Assembly: GCF_006345805.1 (NCBI RefSeq)
Contig: NC_042999.1
Span: 150,660,001-150,724,000 of the forward strand
From: Octopus sinensis
Taxonomy: Eukaryota
Length of the DNA: 64,000 nt
Direction of reading: 5' to 3'
The position numbers were made by a program, and so were the translations under genes. This document shows positions 1-11,790 of the stretch, in pieces. The notes beneath the pieces were generated by a model. That model searched no databases. It saw only the letters and a list, made by a program, of their open reading frames with translations, and was not told the origin of the DNA. Positions within the stretch are counted from its first letter, which is position 1, and every line of letters begins with the position of its first letter.

Positions 1-345
1 GGTTCTAAACGAAGATGGCCAAATAAATAAATAAACAGAACAGAATAAAAAAATACCTTATTAAAATCATAATCTTACAGAAATAACTGTTTGTGTTCAA
101 GATGAATCTTGTTAAGGAGGTCAAGTTATACAACTTCGAAATCTAATCTAATTTGCATCCTCATACTCTCATTAATAAATTGAAAAATACCTCTGATTGG
201 AAAAATCGAAGATGAAATGTAATCATCAGAGCGTTTAGTAAAATAACCGCCGTCATTATTAACAGCACAGCTAATCTAGTGAGCGCTTCAGTTCTATGAC
301 CTTGTGATAAAGAAAGTGATTATCATAGGATAACAGAACAGATCA

Positions 346-418
346 GCCCGGCTAGCTCAGTCGGTAGAGCACGAGACTCTTAATCTCGGGGTCGTGGGTT
401 CGAGCCCCACGTTGGGCG
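346..418 (+). tRNA. tRNA-Lys-CTT: tRNA-Lys (anticodon CTT), copy 1
   Basis: 73-nt cloverleaf GCCCGGCTAGCTCAGTCGGTAGAGCACGAGACTCTTAATCTCGGGGTCGTGGGTTCGAGCCCCACGTTGGGCG with A and B boxes, anticodon loop CTCTTAA, and a T6 Pol III terminator at about 425-430. Confidence 0.97.
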
Positions 419-644
419 AATTAATTTTTCTTTGTTATTTTTAGTATATTCTGTTTTCCGATGGGTGTTCAGAGAGTAAGTCTATAGCATCCCCTTTATA
501 TCAAATTTCTCCGCCAATCTTCAGCACAAATCAAGGAGTGAGATTAATATTTTCGACTAACCCTCACGCGGTGCTTCTGCCCATGCTAGAAATATTGTTA
601 ATTATTATAAATATGAACCGGGATTCTATTATCATAAATAAAAT

Positions 645-835
645 TGGCGGTGAAATGACAGAATCGTTAGCATTCCGGCCAAAATGCATAGCGGCATTTC
701 GTCCGTCTTTACGTTCTGAGTTCAAGTTCTGCCGAGGTCCACTTTGCCTATTATTCTTCCAGGTCCGATAAAATACGTACCAGTTGAGCACTGAAGTCGC
801 TCCCCATCCCCTACAAATTTTATATCTTGTATATA
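645..835 (+). mobile_element. Nin/Deu-domain-type tRNA SINE, decayed monomer
   Basis: ggcggtgaaatgacagaatcgttagc head, gttctgagttcaagttctgccgagg B-box region, gataaaatacgtaccag central domain. Confidence 0.8.
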
Positions 836-1170
836 TACAAAGGATATAATCAAATATATGCACCCACTGTCAATTTTGTTAATCTACAATAAGTTGGTAA
901 TTATTATTGTTCTATTTCGGGATGGTCAGCTTTATTTATTTATTTATTTATTTTGTGTGTGTGCCACATTAACACACGCGCTATATATTTGTTCTTCACT
1001 CGTTTATTATAGTTCTTTTTTTTTTTTAATTTTAACTTATGACCATTGTCCGGAAATCTTTTGTCACATATCTGTGACCTCTTCAGCGACACTTTTCGTT
1101 CTCGTGTATGTTCTTGCTCCACTTACTCCATTCTTTTCTTCTAGTAATTTTTTATACCTAGTGGGCAGCA

Positions 1171-1243
1171 GCCTGGCTAGCTCAGTCGGTAGAGCACGAG
1201 ACTCTTAATCTCGGGGTCGTGGGTTCGAGCCCCACGTTGGGCG
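1171..1243 (+). tRNA. tRNA-Lys-CTT: tRNA-Lys(CTT), copy 2, C4>T variant
   Basis: Identical to copy 1 except that it starts GCCTGGC; long T-run from about 1250. Confidence 0.93.
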
Positions 1244-1870
1244 ATCGAGTTTTTTTATAAACATAAATAGCGCTGGGCAAGCTTTCGTTTAGTTAAAAGA
1301 TTACGTTTCTATTACGCTAGGTGTCTGTATTGGTTTCATTTCAAGGATAATCGTTTGTGGCGGTGTTGCTCACAATTGCAGTTTCGCTTGGGACTGTAGA
1401 GTCAGTGACGTCACGCGAACGGCTGAAGGGCCTTGTCGGAAAGGGAGGTCATGTGAGTGAAAAGATGACTAGCATGGGTCCCTTTTGCTTTGGGGCTGTC
1501 GTACGGGATGGACCTGTGTATCCGCGTAAGCTGAGGGAATTTGCTGCTAGATTCTGGCCAAAGAGTAGGCGGCTAGCGCTCATACGGCTATATCCCGGCT
1601 GGAAAGGATCAACGTTACGAGAAAACCGGCAAGGTAGGTAAATCGCGCTTTTTACCTCTACATTGTAGGAACTTTTAAGCTGAGGACAATCGCGAGCGTC
1701 TTTGCGACAGTGAATTCCCCTCCAGCGTTAATACCAGTAAAATACTGTTGACAATTTAAGTGACTCCTCCCACCCAAAACGTTCAGTCTTTGTTCTCGTT
1801 CTCGTGTATGCTTTTGCTCTACTTACTCCATTCTGTTCTAGTAATTATTATTTAGGGCTGGCGTGCAACA

Positions 1871-1943
1871 GCCCGGCTAGCTCAGTCGGTAGAGCACGAG
1901 ACTCTTAATCTCGGGGTCGTGGGTTCGAGCCCCACGTTGGGCG
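1871..1943 (+). tRNA. tRNA-Lys-CTT: tRNA-Lys(CTT), copy 3
   Basis: Identical to copy 1; T9 run downstream. Confidence 0.97.
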
Positions 1944-2329
1944 ATCATTGTTTTTTTTTGTTTTTTTAATAGCTCGGAAAAGAGCAATTGAACCATTTTT
2001 ACTCGAATGAATCGACCCCCAGGACTTACCTTTTTAAGCCTGGTACTTCTTCTATCGGGTCTTTTGCCGAACTGCTAAGTTATGGGGAAGTAAACACACT
2101 AAAATCGGTTAAGCGGAAGCGGAGGATAAACACACACTCATACACACATATATATGTATATATGCCAAGGGCTTCTTTCAGTTTCCATCTACCAAATCCA
2201 CTCACAAGACTTTGGTCGGCCCGGGGCTAAGTTGTCATGCAGTGGAACTGAATTCAGAACCGTGTAATTGTGAAGCAAGCTCCTTGCCACACTATGTTTG
2301 CTATGTTTGTACACACACACACGCACACA

Positions 2330-2365
<36 letters not shown>

Positions 2366-2438
2366 CACATATACTCACTGTCAATTTTGTTAGCATGTTA
2401 TAAGGTTAGTAATTATTATTCAGTGCTGGTTTCCAATA

Positions 2439-2511
2439 GCCCGGCTAGCTCAGTCGGTAGAGCACGAGACTCTTAATCTCGGGGTCGTGGGTTCGAGCCC
2501 CACGTTGGGCG
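2439..2511 (+). tRNA. tRNA-Lys-CTT: tRNA-Lys(CTT), copy 4
   Basis: Identical to copy 1; T4 at about 2519-2522. Confidence 0.96.
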
Positions 2512-2852
2512 GAATATATTTTGGGAAGAAATTAGTAATGTTTTTAGTATACTAGGTTTATCTGTTGGTTTAATTAAAGGATAACTATCTATAACAGGGT
2601 TGTTTTCTGTCAACTCTATATTGAGAAGAAATAACAGTTTCGTTTAGAACTTCTCATGTGGAAGACTGACAATTGATATCCACCCAGCATTCACACCTTT
2701 AAAATAGTTGTTTCAAAATTTGTCACAAGGCCAGTAATTTCGGTGCGAGTGTCTGTCAGTTACATCGATTCCCGGTCCACAACTGGTACTTTATCGACTG
2801 CGAAATGATAAAAGACAGAGCCGACTCGGCAGAATTTGAACAACAGGAATTG

Positions 2853-4408
2853 TTGGATGATGTAAAACTATATGGCAAAGATGATGAAGAGCTTGAAGAA
2901 GTACTACATACTGTGAAAGGATTCAGTGATGATATCGGGATTGAGTTTGGCCTTGAAAAGTGTGCCAAAGCCACTTCTAAGAAAGGGAAATTGGTAAAGT
3001 GAAGTTCAATCGAATTAGATGTCGAAACAGTAATAAAGGAAGTTGAGCAGGAACAAACCTATAAATACCTAGGAATAAATGAAGGCTCTGGTATCCAGCA
3101 TGCAAGCATGAAATAGAAGGTTAGGAAGGAATATTATAGAAGAATTCGAGCAGTCCTGATGTCTGAGCTGAATGCACATAATAAGGTGTTAGCCATAAAT
3201 TCCTTAGCAGCCCCAGTTGTTCTTTATAGCTTCAATGTGCTTTACTGGAATACCAGTGAAATAATGAAAATTGAGAGAAAAATCCGCAAGCTACTGACTT
3301 GTAATAAGATGCATCATCCAAAGGCAGACGCGGATCGTCTTTACCTTCCCAGAGCTCAGGGAGGTCGAGGCTTGATCCAGCTTGAACTTACGTACAAAAC
3401 CACCACAATCGCACTGGCCAAATACATTGAAACAACCAACGATTGGATGCTAAAACTTGTTGAAAAACATGAAAAACCGAAAAAACTGCACTCTATTCTG
3501 AATGAGAGCAAAAATTCGTTATTAATCTCTTAGATACCTACCAAATTGATCAGGTTGAAGGAAATGCGTCAACTGCTGCTGCAAAGAAAATAAAATTAAT
3601 TGCAAAGGCAAAAGAACATGAAAAATTAGCTAGCAGATGGGAACAGAAACCTCTGCTTGGCAAGTATGTGGCCCGTAGCAAACAAGCTGATGTCGACCAG
3701 AAACACATGCATCAATGGTTACGAAGCTCAGGGCTAAAAGCAGAGAGTGACGGTTTCATATTAGCTGCTCAAGACCAGAGCTTATTAACCCGGAACTACC
3801 AAGCCAATGTGATAAAAAAATGGAGCTGACCCAAAATGCCGATTCTGTAACGATGAGATTGAAACTATAGACCACCTAATCTCAGGGTGTAGAGTCTTAG
3901 CACCTGTAGAATATAAAGCAAGACATGACAGAGTCGGCCAGTATTTACACTGGACAATATGTCGGCATTATAAAATAAAAACTGCTGACAAATGGTATAA
4001 ACACCATCCTGAAGCTGTGACTGAGGGAGAAAATGTGTCGATTCTATGGGAATTCCCCGTACATACCGACAAAACTATAAAAGCTAATAAACCGGATATT
4101 ATTATAAAAAATCAAACAAAAAAGGTGTGTTTATTAATTGACATGAGTATTCCTTGCGATCACAATACAGCGGCGAAAGAAGTTGACAAGATCAGTAAAT
4201 ATAAAGACTTGCTAATAGAGATTGAAAAAAATGTGCCATCTCAAGGCAACTACAGTACCTGTGATTGTAGGATCTCTAGGAATTATATATATATAAAAAA
4301 AAGGCACTGAAACCTATTTGAAAATGATACCAGGTCGACTCTACAGGAAGTGCAAAAATCGTGTAAAGTGGAACGACTCATGTACTGAGAAGAGCATTAT
4401 CGCTGTGA
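2853..4408 (+). mobile_element. 5'-truncated, inactivated R4/Dong-type non-LTR retrotransposon (RT C-half, CCHC finger, restriction-like endonuclease)
   Basis: Frame-broken ORF: LDDVKLY and FSDDIGIEFGLEKCAK (RT), RLYLPRAQGGRGL, C-x2-C-x7-H-x4-C at 3837-3890 (CRFCNDEIETIDHLISGC), KPDIII...LIDMSIP (PD-(D/E)xK RLE), ending LRRALSL* at 4408. Several stops and frameshifts; short 3' UTR and (TTTA)n tail. Confidence 0.88.
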
Positions 4409-4465
4409 AAACAACATCCATTCATGAATTTATTTATTTATTAATTTTTTTTAAATACATGTTTT

Positions 4466-4622
4466 AGGAGTGGCTGTGTGGTAAGTAGCTTGCTAACCAA
4501 CCACGTGGTTCCGGGTTCAGTCCCACTGCGTGGCATCTTGGGCAAGTGTCTTCTGCTATAGCCCCGGGCCGACCAATGCCTTGTGAGTGGATTTGGTGGA
4601 GGGAAACTGATAGAAGCCTGTC

Positions 4623-4654
<32 letters not shown>

Positions 4655-4873
4655 GTGTTTGTGTGTCTGTGTTTGTCCCCCTAGCATTGCCTGACAACCG
4701 ATGCTGGTGTGTTTGCGTCCCCGTCACTTAACGGTTCGGCAAAAGAGACCGATAGAATAAGTACTGGGCTTACAAAGAATAAGTCCTGGGGTCGATTTGC
4801 TCGACTAAAGGCGGTGCTCCAGCATGGCCGCAGTCAAATGACTGAAACAAGTATAAAAGAAAGAAAAGAAAAA
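4466..4873 (+). mobile_element. CORE-type tRNA SINE (octopus OR-like) with internal (TA)n(TG)n
   Basis: aggagtggctgtgtggtaag head, gggttcagtccc B box, CORE-like gcatcttgggcaagtgtctt, internal microsatellite, 3' gctccagcatggccgcagtcaaatgactgaaacaag. Confidence 0.88.
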
Positions 4874-5390
4874 TTTTACCTGTGAATTTGCGTGTGTAAT
4901 CTGGGAATGCATACAATGAGCTTCTCTGCTCTAGGTGTACGGAAAACACTCGGCGAGAAATGGAAAATTTGAAGAAAAAAGGGAAAAAAACAACAACAGC
5001 AGCAGCAGCAGCAACAACAACAACAACATCCACAACAACAACAACAACAACAATAATAATAATGATAATAATTCTGTCTACGAGGCCTAAAATTTTGATG
5101 GCAGGCGTTAGTTGATTATATCGACTTCAGTGTTCAACTGGTAAAAAAAAAAAACTATTAGGAAATAGTAGAAACTATAAAACGTGGCACATTAATGATA
5201 AACAACAATATTTTGTCTTTTCTATATTTTAAGCTGAAATTTGTCGAGTACACGTTGATTGCTTTGTCAATCCAACAACAGACTTGCAATTACGTAGTGT
5301 GTTTACAAAATCAGCTTTTACAACCAGCTGTCAATTTATTGGTTTGTGATAAGCTTAGTTATTATTATTTATAACACGTCTTAGCAAGTA

Positions 5391-5463
5391 GCCCGGCTAG
5401 CTCAGTCGGTAGAGCACGAGACTCTTAATCTCGGGGTCGTGGGTTCGAGCCCCACGTTGGGCG
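5391..5463 (+). tRNA. tRNA-Lys-CTT: tRNA-Lys(CTT), copy 5
   Basis: Identical to copy 1; T4 at about 5469-5472. Confidence 0.96.
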
Positions 5464-6104
5464 AATAACTTTTGTCAAAATTAACCTTCTTTTCATATAT
5501 TATCTTCATATATTTCCTAATTGTTTAATATCACCTTTGTTATTCAGATAATATCAGATAATTCAGATAATATCACCTTTGTTATACAGATAACAAATTA
5601 CCAACGTTTCAAGCAGGTAACTGTCAGAATTTCCATAATGTTATTCAAATCTTGATTATATTTGGGCGAGTTCATTACCCCCAATAAAACACGCGATGAT
5701 TCTATTTCATATCTTTCATTATCATTAACAGTTAACTATTTAACCAATTATTATTATTTTGTTTTGTTAACTAATCGATTATTTGATTAACCGCTTAGTC
5801 GATCAGTCAATCAATCAACCAGCTAAGTTCGTCACTATTCGCACTTCATCAATGACATGCCCTCTCAACACCAGCTCTGTCTGTCGTCCAGTTTACAAAT
5901 CCTATACTTATATTTACGGGGTTGTGAAAGTGTAATAGAACCAGTGCGTATGTATATTATTGGCGTAATGACCTTCCCAAGCCTCAAAAGAAATCTGTTT
6001 CAACACACGAGTCCACGGACAAAATTTAGCAGCCAAATACAAAAAAAAAAAACCCCAAATAACCAACAGTCAATTTCCATCTAACTCTTGGTGTCGATAA
6101 AATA

Positions 6105-6322
6105 ATTGATTTCAAATTTTAGTCCAAGGTCAGCAATTTCGGGGAAGTGGATAAATCGATTACATCGACTCCAGTGCTCGACAGGTACTTATTTCATCGA
6201 CCCCAAAAGGATGAAAGGTATAGTCGACATCGGCGGAATTTGAACTCAGAACGTAAATTCAGACGAAATGCCAGTAGACATTTTGCCCGGTGTGCTAACG
6301 ATTCTGCCAGTTTGCCGCCTTA
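6105..6322 (-). mobile_element. Nin/Deu-type SINE monomer
   Basis: Reverse complement of head plus cctttcatccttttggggtcgatgaaataagtacc domain plus tail type B. Confidence 0.82.
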
Positions 6323-6939
6323 GTCAATTGTTGGAGACGATTTAATTGTTCTGTCATCCAAATCGTCCAGGTCTTATGCTTATGTTACTAACAAAACGGG
6401 CATTGAATAAGCAATATCGTTGGAACGTTGGGAAAATCCCTTACGTTATTTGTTTGTGATGAATTGTTCCTTCTTAGTCTCACCTACTTACAGCTCATCA
6501 TCATCCAGTCAGGTGATTTTTCACAACCAATGCAACTCTTCCACGTCAGATATCTTGATCGAGCAATGTAGCATGAACGTTTGACTTGGGTTTGACATGA
6601 ACGTTTGACTTGGGTTTTTTTGTCACATTGGTCTTTAGCAAGCTGAAATATCTCGTCTGCGCTCGCCTTGACTACAGACATTAGCAGAAGTTCGCTATCG
6701 TTGATAGTTTGTTGTCTGTTCACCACTCAGCATCTAGTGATATTCGCCGTTGGTTGAATAAGATTCATTTCCCGAAATAGTTTACACCCACCATGTTGCA
6801 TCCCTTGATTTTAACGTACCCTGATTCGAGTAGCTACATGCTATTTACATTTAGGCGAATACATCTATCTCAGTTTTTATTTTAGCCACTATACATTCAG
6901 TAGGACCACCCCCTATTTATATCTTCACCCTTAATTATA

Positions 6940-7045
6940 TTTTTGAACATAATTTTGACAAATTAAATTTAAATGTTGAAGTGAATCTAACGGTTTTTGT
7001 GTGTTTCTTAAATGGCTTATAAACACCTTCCACGCGGCAATTATT
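6940..7045. mobile_element. Solo arm of the foldback MITE seen intact at 19414-19690
   Basis: aaatttaaatgttgaagtgaatctaacggtttttgtgtg...ataaacaccttccacgcggcaat matches that element's right arm. Confidence 0.75.
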
Positions 7046-7767
7046 ATATTGTGGTCCCAGAAACAACACGTTGGCAGTAGCATGGACAAAATATGAACCA
7101 TTGACCTCTAGCCTCGTTATCTAACACACTACCGATTTCGGTCATTATCTCACTGATTACATAGAGATCAAAAATCGTTGTCGGCTTGATTTTAATTTTG
7201 TGTGACAAACTAAACAATATGTACTGGTGCTTCATGCTGAGTATCTCTCCTGTTCTAGGTATACTATACGTTACTGATACAAAAGAAAAAAGTTACTTAT
7301 ACAAAAGAATTAAGGAATTCGCAAAGGATTTCCAGGTTCGATCTTAGTGTACAGCACCGCGAGCAAGTGTCTACTTTCGGAACCTCGGCTCAACCCGACC
7401 CGACCCTCGTGAGTAAAAATTGGGTAGATGGAATTTATGCAGGTCTCTTTCCAGCTGTGGCTGTCTTATGTCATTTTCTGGAATAGTGTATCAAGAACTA
7501 CATCATTCAATGTATTCATCATATCTTTTGTGTTGGGTATGAGTTAAGGAATATTTGGATCTATTTCTAGTGATTCAAGCAGCCACTTAGAACCTCCTTC
7601 ATTAACACGTGGTATAAGTAGTTGTAGATATTGTTGAGTGTAGCGTTTTCCTTCAGGCCCAGAGAGTTAACCATATAGAGCACGCATACGCATGCACATG
7701 CACACACACACATACACACACATATATACACTATTACTACATTAAAAAAGAAAAGATAGGAAAATTA

Positions 7768-7920
7768 CACAGGTGTGGCTGTGTGGTAAGAACCACATGG
7801 TCCCAGGTTCAGTCTCGCTACTTGGCATATTGGGCAAGTGTCTTCTACTATAGCTTCAGGCTGATCAAAGCCTTGTGAGTGGATGTGATGTGACAGGCAG
7901 AAACTGAAAGAAGCCTGTCG

Positions 7921-7952
<32 letters not shown>

Positions 7953-8214
7953 CGTGTATGTGTGTGTGTGTGTGTGTATGTATATATGTATTATATATTT
8001 GTGTGTCTGCGTTTATACCCCACCACCACCATCGCTTGACAACCGATGCTGGTGTGTCTACGTGCTCGTAATCTAGCAGTTCGGCAAATGAGACTGATAG
8101 AATAAGTACTAGGCTTACTAAGAATAAGTCCTGGGGTCAATTTATTCGACTAAAGGCGGAACCCCGGTATGGCCGCAGTCAAATGACTGAAACAAGTTAA
8201 AGAATTAAAGAATA
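7768..8214 (+). mobile_element. CORE-type (OR-like) SINE
   Basis: Same head, CORE, internal microsatellite and 3' tail as 4466-4873. Confidence 0.85.
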
Positions 8215-8496
8215 AACGATTTGGAGATCTCTCGTACTCAGGGAGTGGTATCTATATCTAACTTCCATAGTGAAGGTACGGGATCTGGTGATTAGAGTTT
8301 GGGGGTGACGGTCATAGATGGTGGTTCGATTCCTGGACAGAGTGTTGTGTTGTGTCTTTGAATAAGCACTTTAATTTTCATTGCCTCAGTCGATTCAGAA
8401 TGAGTTCCAGCCGATTCCTGGTACAGCGATGGTTCCGGTGTCCGAAGTGAAAGACTCTTCTAATGTTTCCCCCTTAACTAACAGAGACTGTAAGGG

Positions 8497-8705
8497 CAGT
8501 GAGCTGGCAGAATCGCAAACACGTTGGACAAAATGCTTAGCGATATTTATTTCGGTTTTGCGTTCTGTGATCAAATTCCGTCAAGGCCGACTTTGCTTTT
8601 CATCCTTTCGAAGCCGATAAAATAAGTACCAGTTGAACACTCAGGTTGATGTAACTGACTAGCTCCGCCCGCTATAATTTCAGGCCTTGTGCCTAAAGTA
8701 GAAAG
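8497..8705 (+). mobile_element. Nin/Deu-type SINE monomer
   Basis: gagctggcagaatcg head; gctttcatcctttcgaagccgataaaataagtaccag. Confidence 0.8.
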
Positions 8706-10084
8706 AAATTAGCAAGCATGATAGGTCACCAAAACTTTTGTGCTCCTTCACACTTGCATCGAGATGCGACTGTTGTTACCTCGCACTCTGCATCGAGATT
8801 CACTCATATCGTTGGGTATGTCCAGTGTGGTAGATAGGAATAAACAACGAAGACTACTGCATTAGCAACTTGTTTCAGCTGCCTTTAATATCTACGTCTG
8901 AAATATTATCCAACCGGTAAATTCTGCTGAATATTAGTGCTTGGAAATATGAATGATATACTCTACAACACAACAAGAAAATTGTTCAGATCATTGGAAA
9001 CAGAAAACAGAAATGTATTCATACATTCAGAGTACGTGTAGAAGTGTAGAAGCAAAAAAGAAAAAAAAAAGAAAGGAAAGAAAGGAAAGAAAGAAAGAAA
9101 TGTGTGGAATTCACAACTAGGCGTACATTCTCTCAAGAGCAGTAACACGAATCAATATGTTACTGACAATAACAACGCGATGGCGTCAATCGGACAAGAA
9201 ACCGGAAGTGTCACCATAATTGTTTATTAAGCGAACACACAGTTTTTGAAAGTCACAACAAATATAAATACAGGAAAAAAGGCGACTAAAGTCATTTGTT
9301 CATATGTAAATAAAATATTCATTGAACTAAAACCTTTTATCACACATGACAGCCCACTCAACGTGAGTATAATATACAATATAGAAGCCCAAGATTTATT
9401 CCTAGAAGAAAAGACAAACATCGCCATGATGATGGGATAACATAGACTGAGATTATACATCTTGTATCTTGTCATAACATTCAACCGGCATCCAGAAAAT
9501 TATTGCAAGTATGTAAAACAAAGCAAAACATTATCAGTGACACACACATGCACACACAGACGCGTATTCACACATACTTATGCCTATATCTACAGTTCTC
9601 TACAGACCACACACCTCAAGTATGTCATCTTCAGTTTCTTTCAAAAAACTATCATGTGATTTTGACGCATAACACATCGTCGTGCAATAAACAAAACACT
9701 GATAACACGCCAACTGACACGACGAAGTCTCGTCTAATCTATCAGTATGCTAAAATGCTTCCATCGTCACCATTCACAAATCGTAAACCAAGCAAGTTAT
9801 ATAACTTGTCTCCTGACACGGGATTTTGTTCTGCAAGCTTACCTCCTAAAACCACTTGGGGAAACAATCCCTTAACTCCCTTCAATCTACCCACCTATCC
9901 TTCATCTCAATATATTCACACGTTTACAATACACATACGAACTATAAAACTATTTAGAAACAAATAAAAAGAGAAATTGAGCTGCAAATACGCACAAAAC
10001 TGAAGTAAATATAAAAGCTACTTACTCTTTTACCCACGTTAGCCTACGGGCTGTGGCCATGCTGAGGCATGGACATTGAAGGTG

Positions 10085-10180
10085 ATGTCTACAGTACCTT
10101 AGTTTCTCAAGTGGTCGCCCATTTAAGTACTAACTAGGTACAACGATGCTTAATTTTGGTCGTCGGACAAGAACCGATGC
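10085..10180 (-). pseudogene. 5S rRNA pseudogene or 5S-derived fragment (lacks about 25 nt at the 5' end)
   Basis: Minus strand gcatcggttcttgtccgacgaccaaaattaagcatcgttgtacctagttagtacttaaatgggcgaccacttgagaaactaaggtactgtagacat aligns colinearly with invertebrate 5S rRNA (CCGGTTCTCGTCCGATC...GTTAAGC...GGTTAGTACTTGGATGGG.GACCGCCTGGGAA...GGTGCTGTAG). Confidence 0.8.
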
Positions 10181-10654
10181 AGCCAACTGTAAAAAAAATT
10201 TGCTTTCAAAATTTGGCTTAAGGCTGGTAATTTTAGGGGCCGAGGTAAATCGATTGCATTGACCTCAGAACTCAACAGGTACTTATTTTATCCAACCCCA
10301 AAATATGAAAGGCAAAGTGGACCTCGGTGGATTTTGAACACAAAACTTAAAGTGCCGGAACAAATGCTGCTAAGCATCCATCTTTTTTATGTTGTAGTTT
10401 GAGGAAAATTTGGTTACTATTTCTAGTCGGTCGAGTAATCATTACAGACTCCTCCAGTAGCTCTAACAGTGTCATCGAGATAGTCTGTAATAAGACACAG
10501 GGACAGGAACAACAGCACAAGAGGTAAGTTCCTATCAAGCTGTGCCTGCAACACAGTTTCAGACTGATTGAAGTCTTTTTATTGCACCTATACCTAAAGC
10601 AGTGGTTCTCAACTGATTTTTAACCTATGGACCCCTTTGGTTGTAATATACATA

Positions 10655-10882
10655 TACGAGCTGGCAGAATCGTTAGCACACCGGGCGAAATGCTTAGAGT
10701 ATTTCGTCTGCCGTTACGTTCTGAGTTCTAATTCTGCCGAGGTCAACTTTGCCTTTCATCCTTTCGGGATCGATTAAATAAGTACCAGTTACTCAGTGGG
10801 GTCGATGTTATCGACTTAATCCTATTGTCTGTCCTTGTTTGTCCTTTCTATGTTTAGCCCCTTGTGGGCAATAAAGAAATAT
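10655..10882 (+). mobile_element. Nin/Deu-type SINE monomer with tail A
   Basis: gagctggcagaatcgttagcacaccgggcgaaatgc...gcctttcatcctttcgggatcgattaaataagtaccag...ccccttgtgggcaataaagaaat. Confidence 0.88.
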
Positions 10883-10920
10883 ATATAATATACACATGCA
10901 TATTTCTCTGTCTGTTTGTA

Positions 10921-10938
10921 TCTCTCTCTCTCTCCCTC

Positions 10939-11027
<89 letters not shown>

Positions 11028-11028
11028 A

Positions 11029-11060
<32 letters not shown>
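10921..11060. repeat. Compound microsatellite (TC)n(TATC)n(TGTC)n
   Basis: Direct reading. Confidence 0.95.
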
Positions 11061-11062
<2 letters not shown>

Positions 11063-11461
11063 ATGTGTTTGAAATTCAATTTAAAAAGAAGTGTTCTAAC
11101 AAACGTAGCTGTGTTTAAGAAAATCTAACGAATGTATTTATATCTGCAATGTGAATCTGATATTCACGGTTAAAGTTATTTAAAAGCCGAGTAAAAAAAT
11201 CCAGACTAATACAAGACATATCAAATATGGAACGTTACGACGTTCATGTATTTCTCAAAACGTAATTGAAGAGAAGTGGTTTCAACTGGGAATTAGAAAC
11301 GAATCACAGAGTTCTTTTATTAAGAACTTGTATTTTGGCTGCAGCAGATCGTATGGCAGTTATTGGCAGACACTTTATAGCGTCTTGGAACTTCATAGGG
11401 TTTACTTGAAAGACACAAAAAAACCTGCGTAAAAAGAAGAAAGCTGCTAAGGTGTCATGTT

Positions 11462-11790
<329 letters not shown>

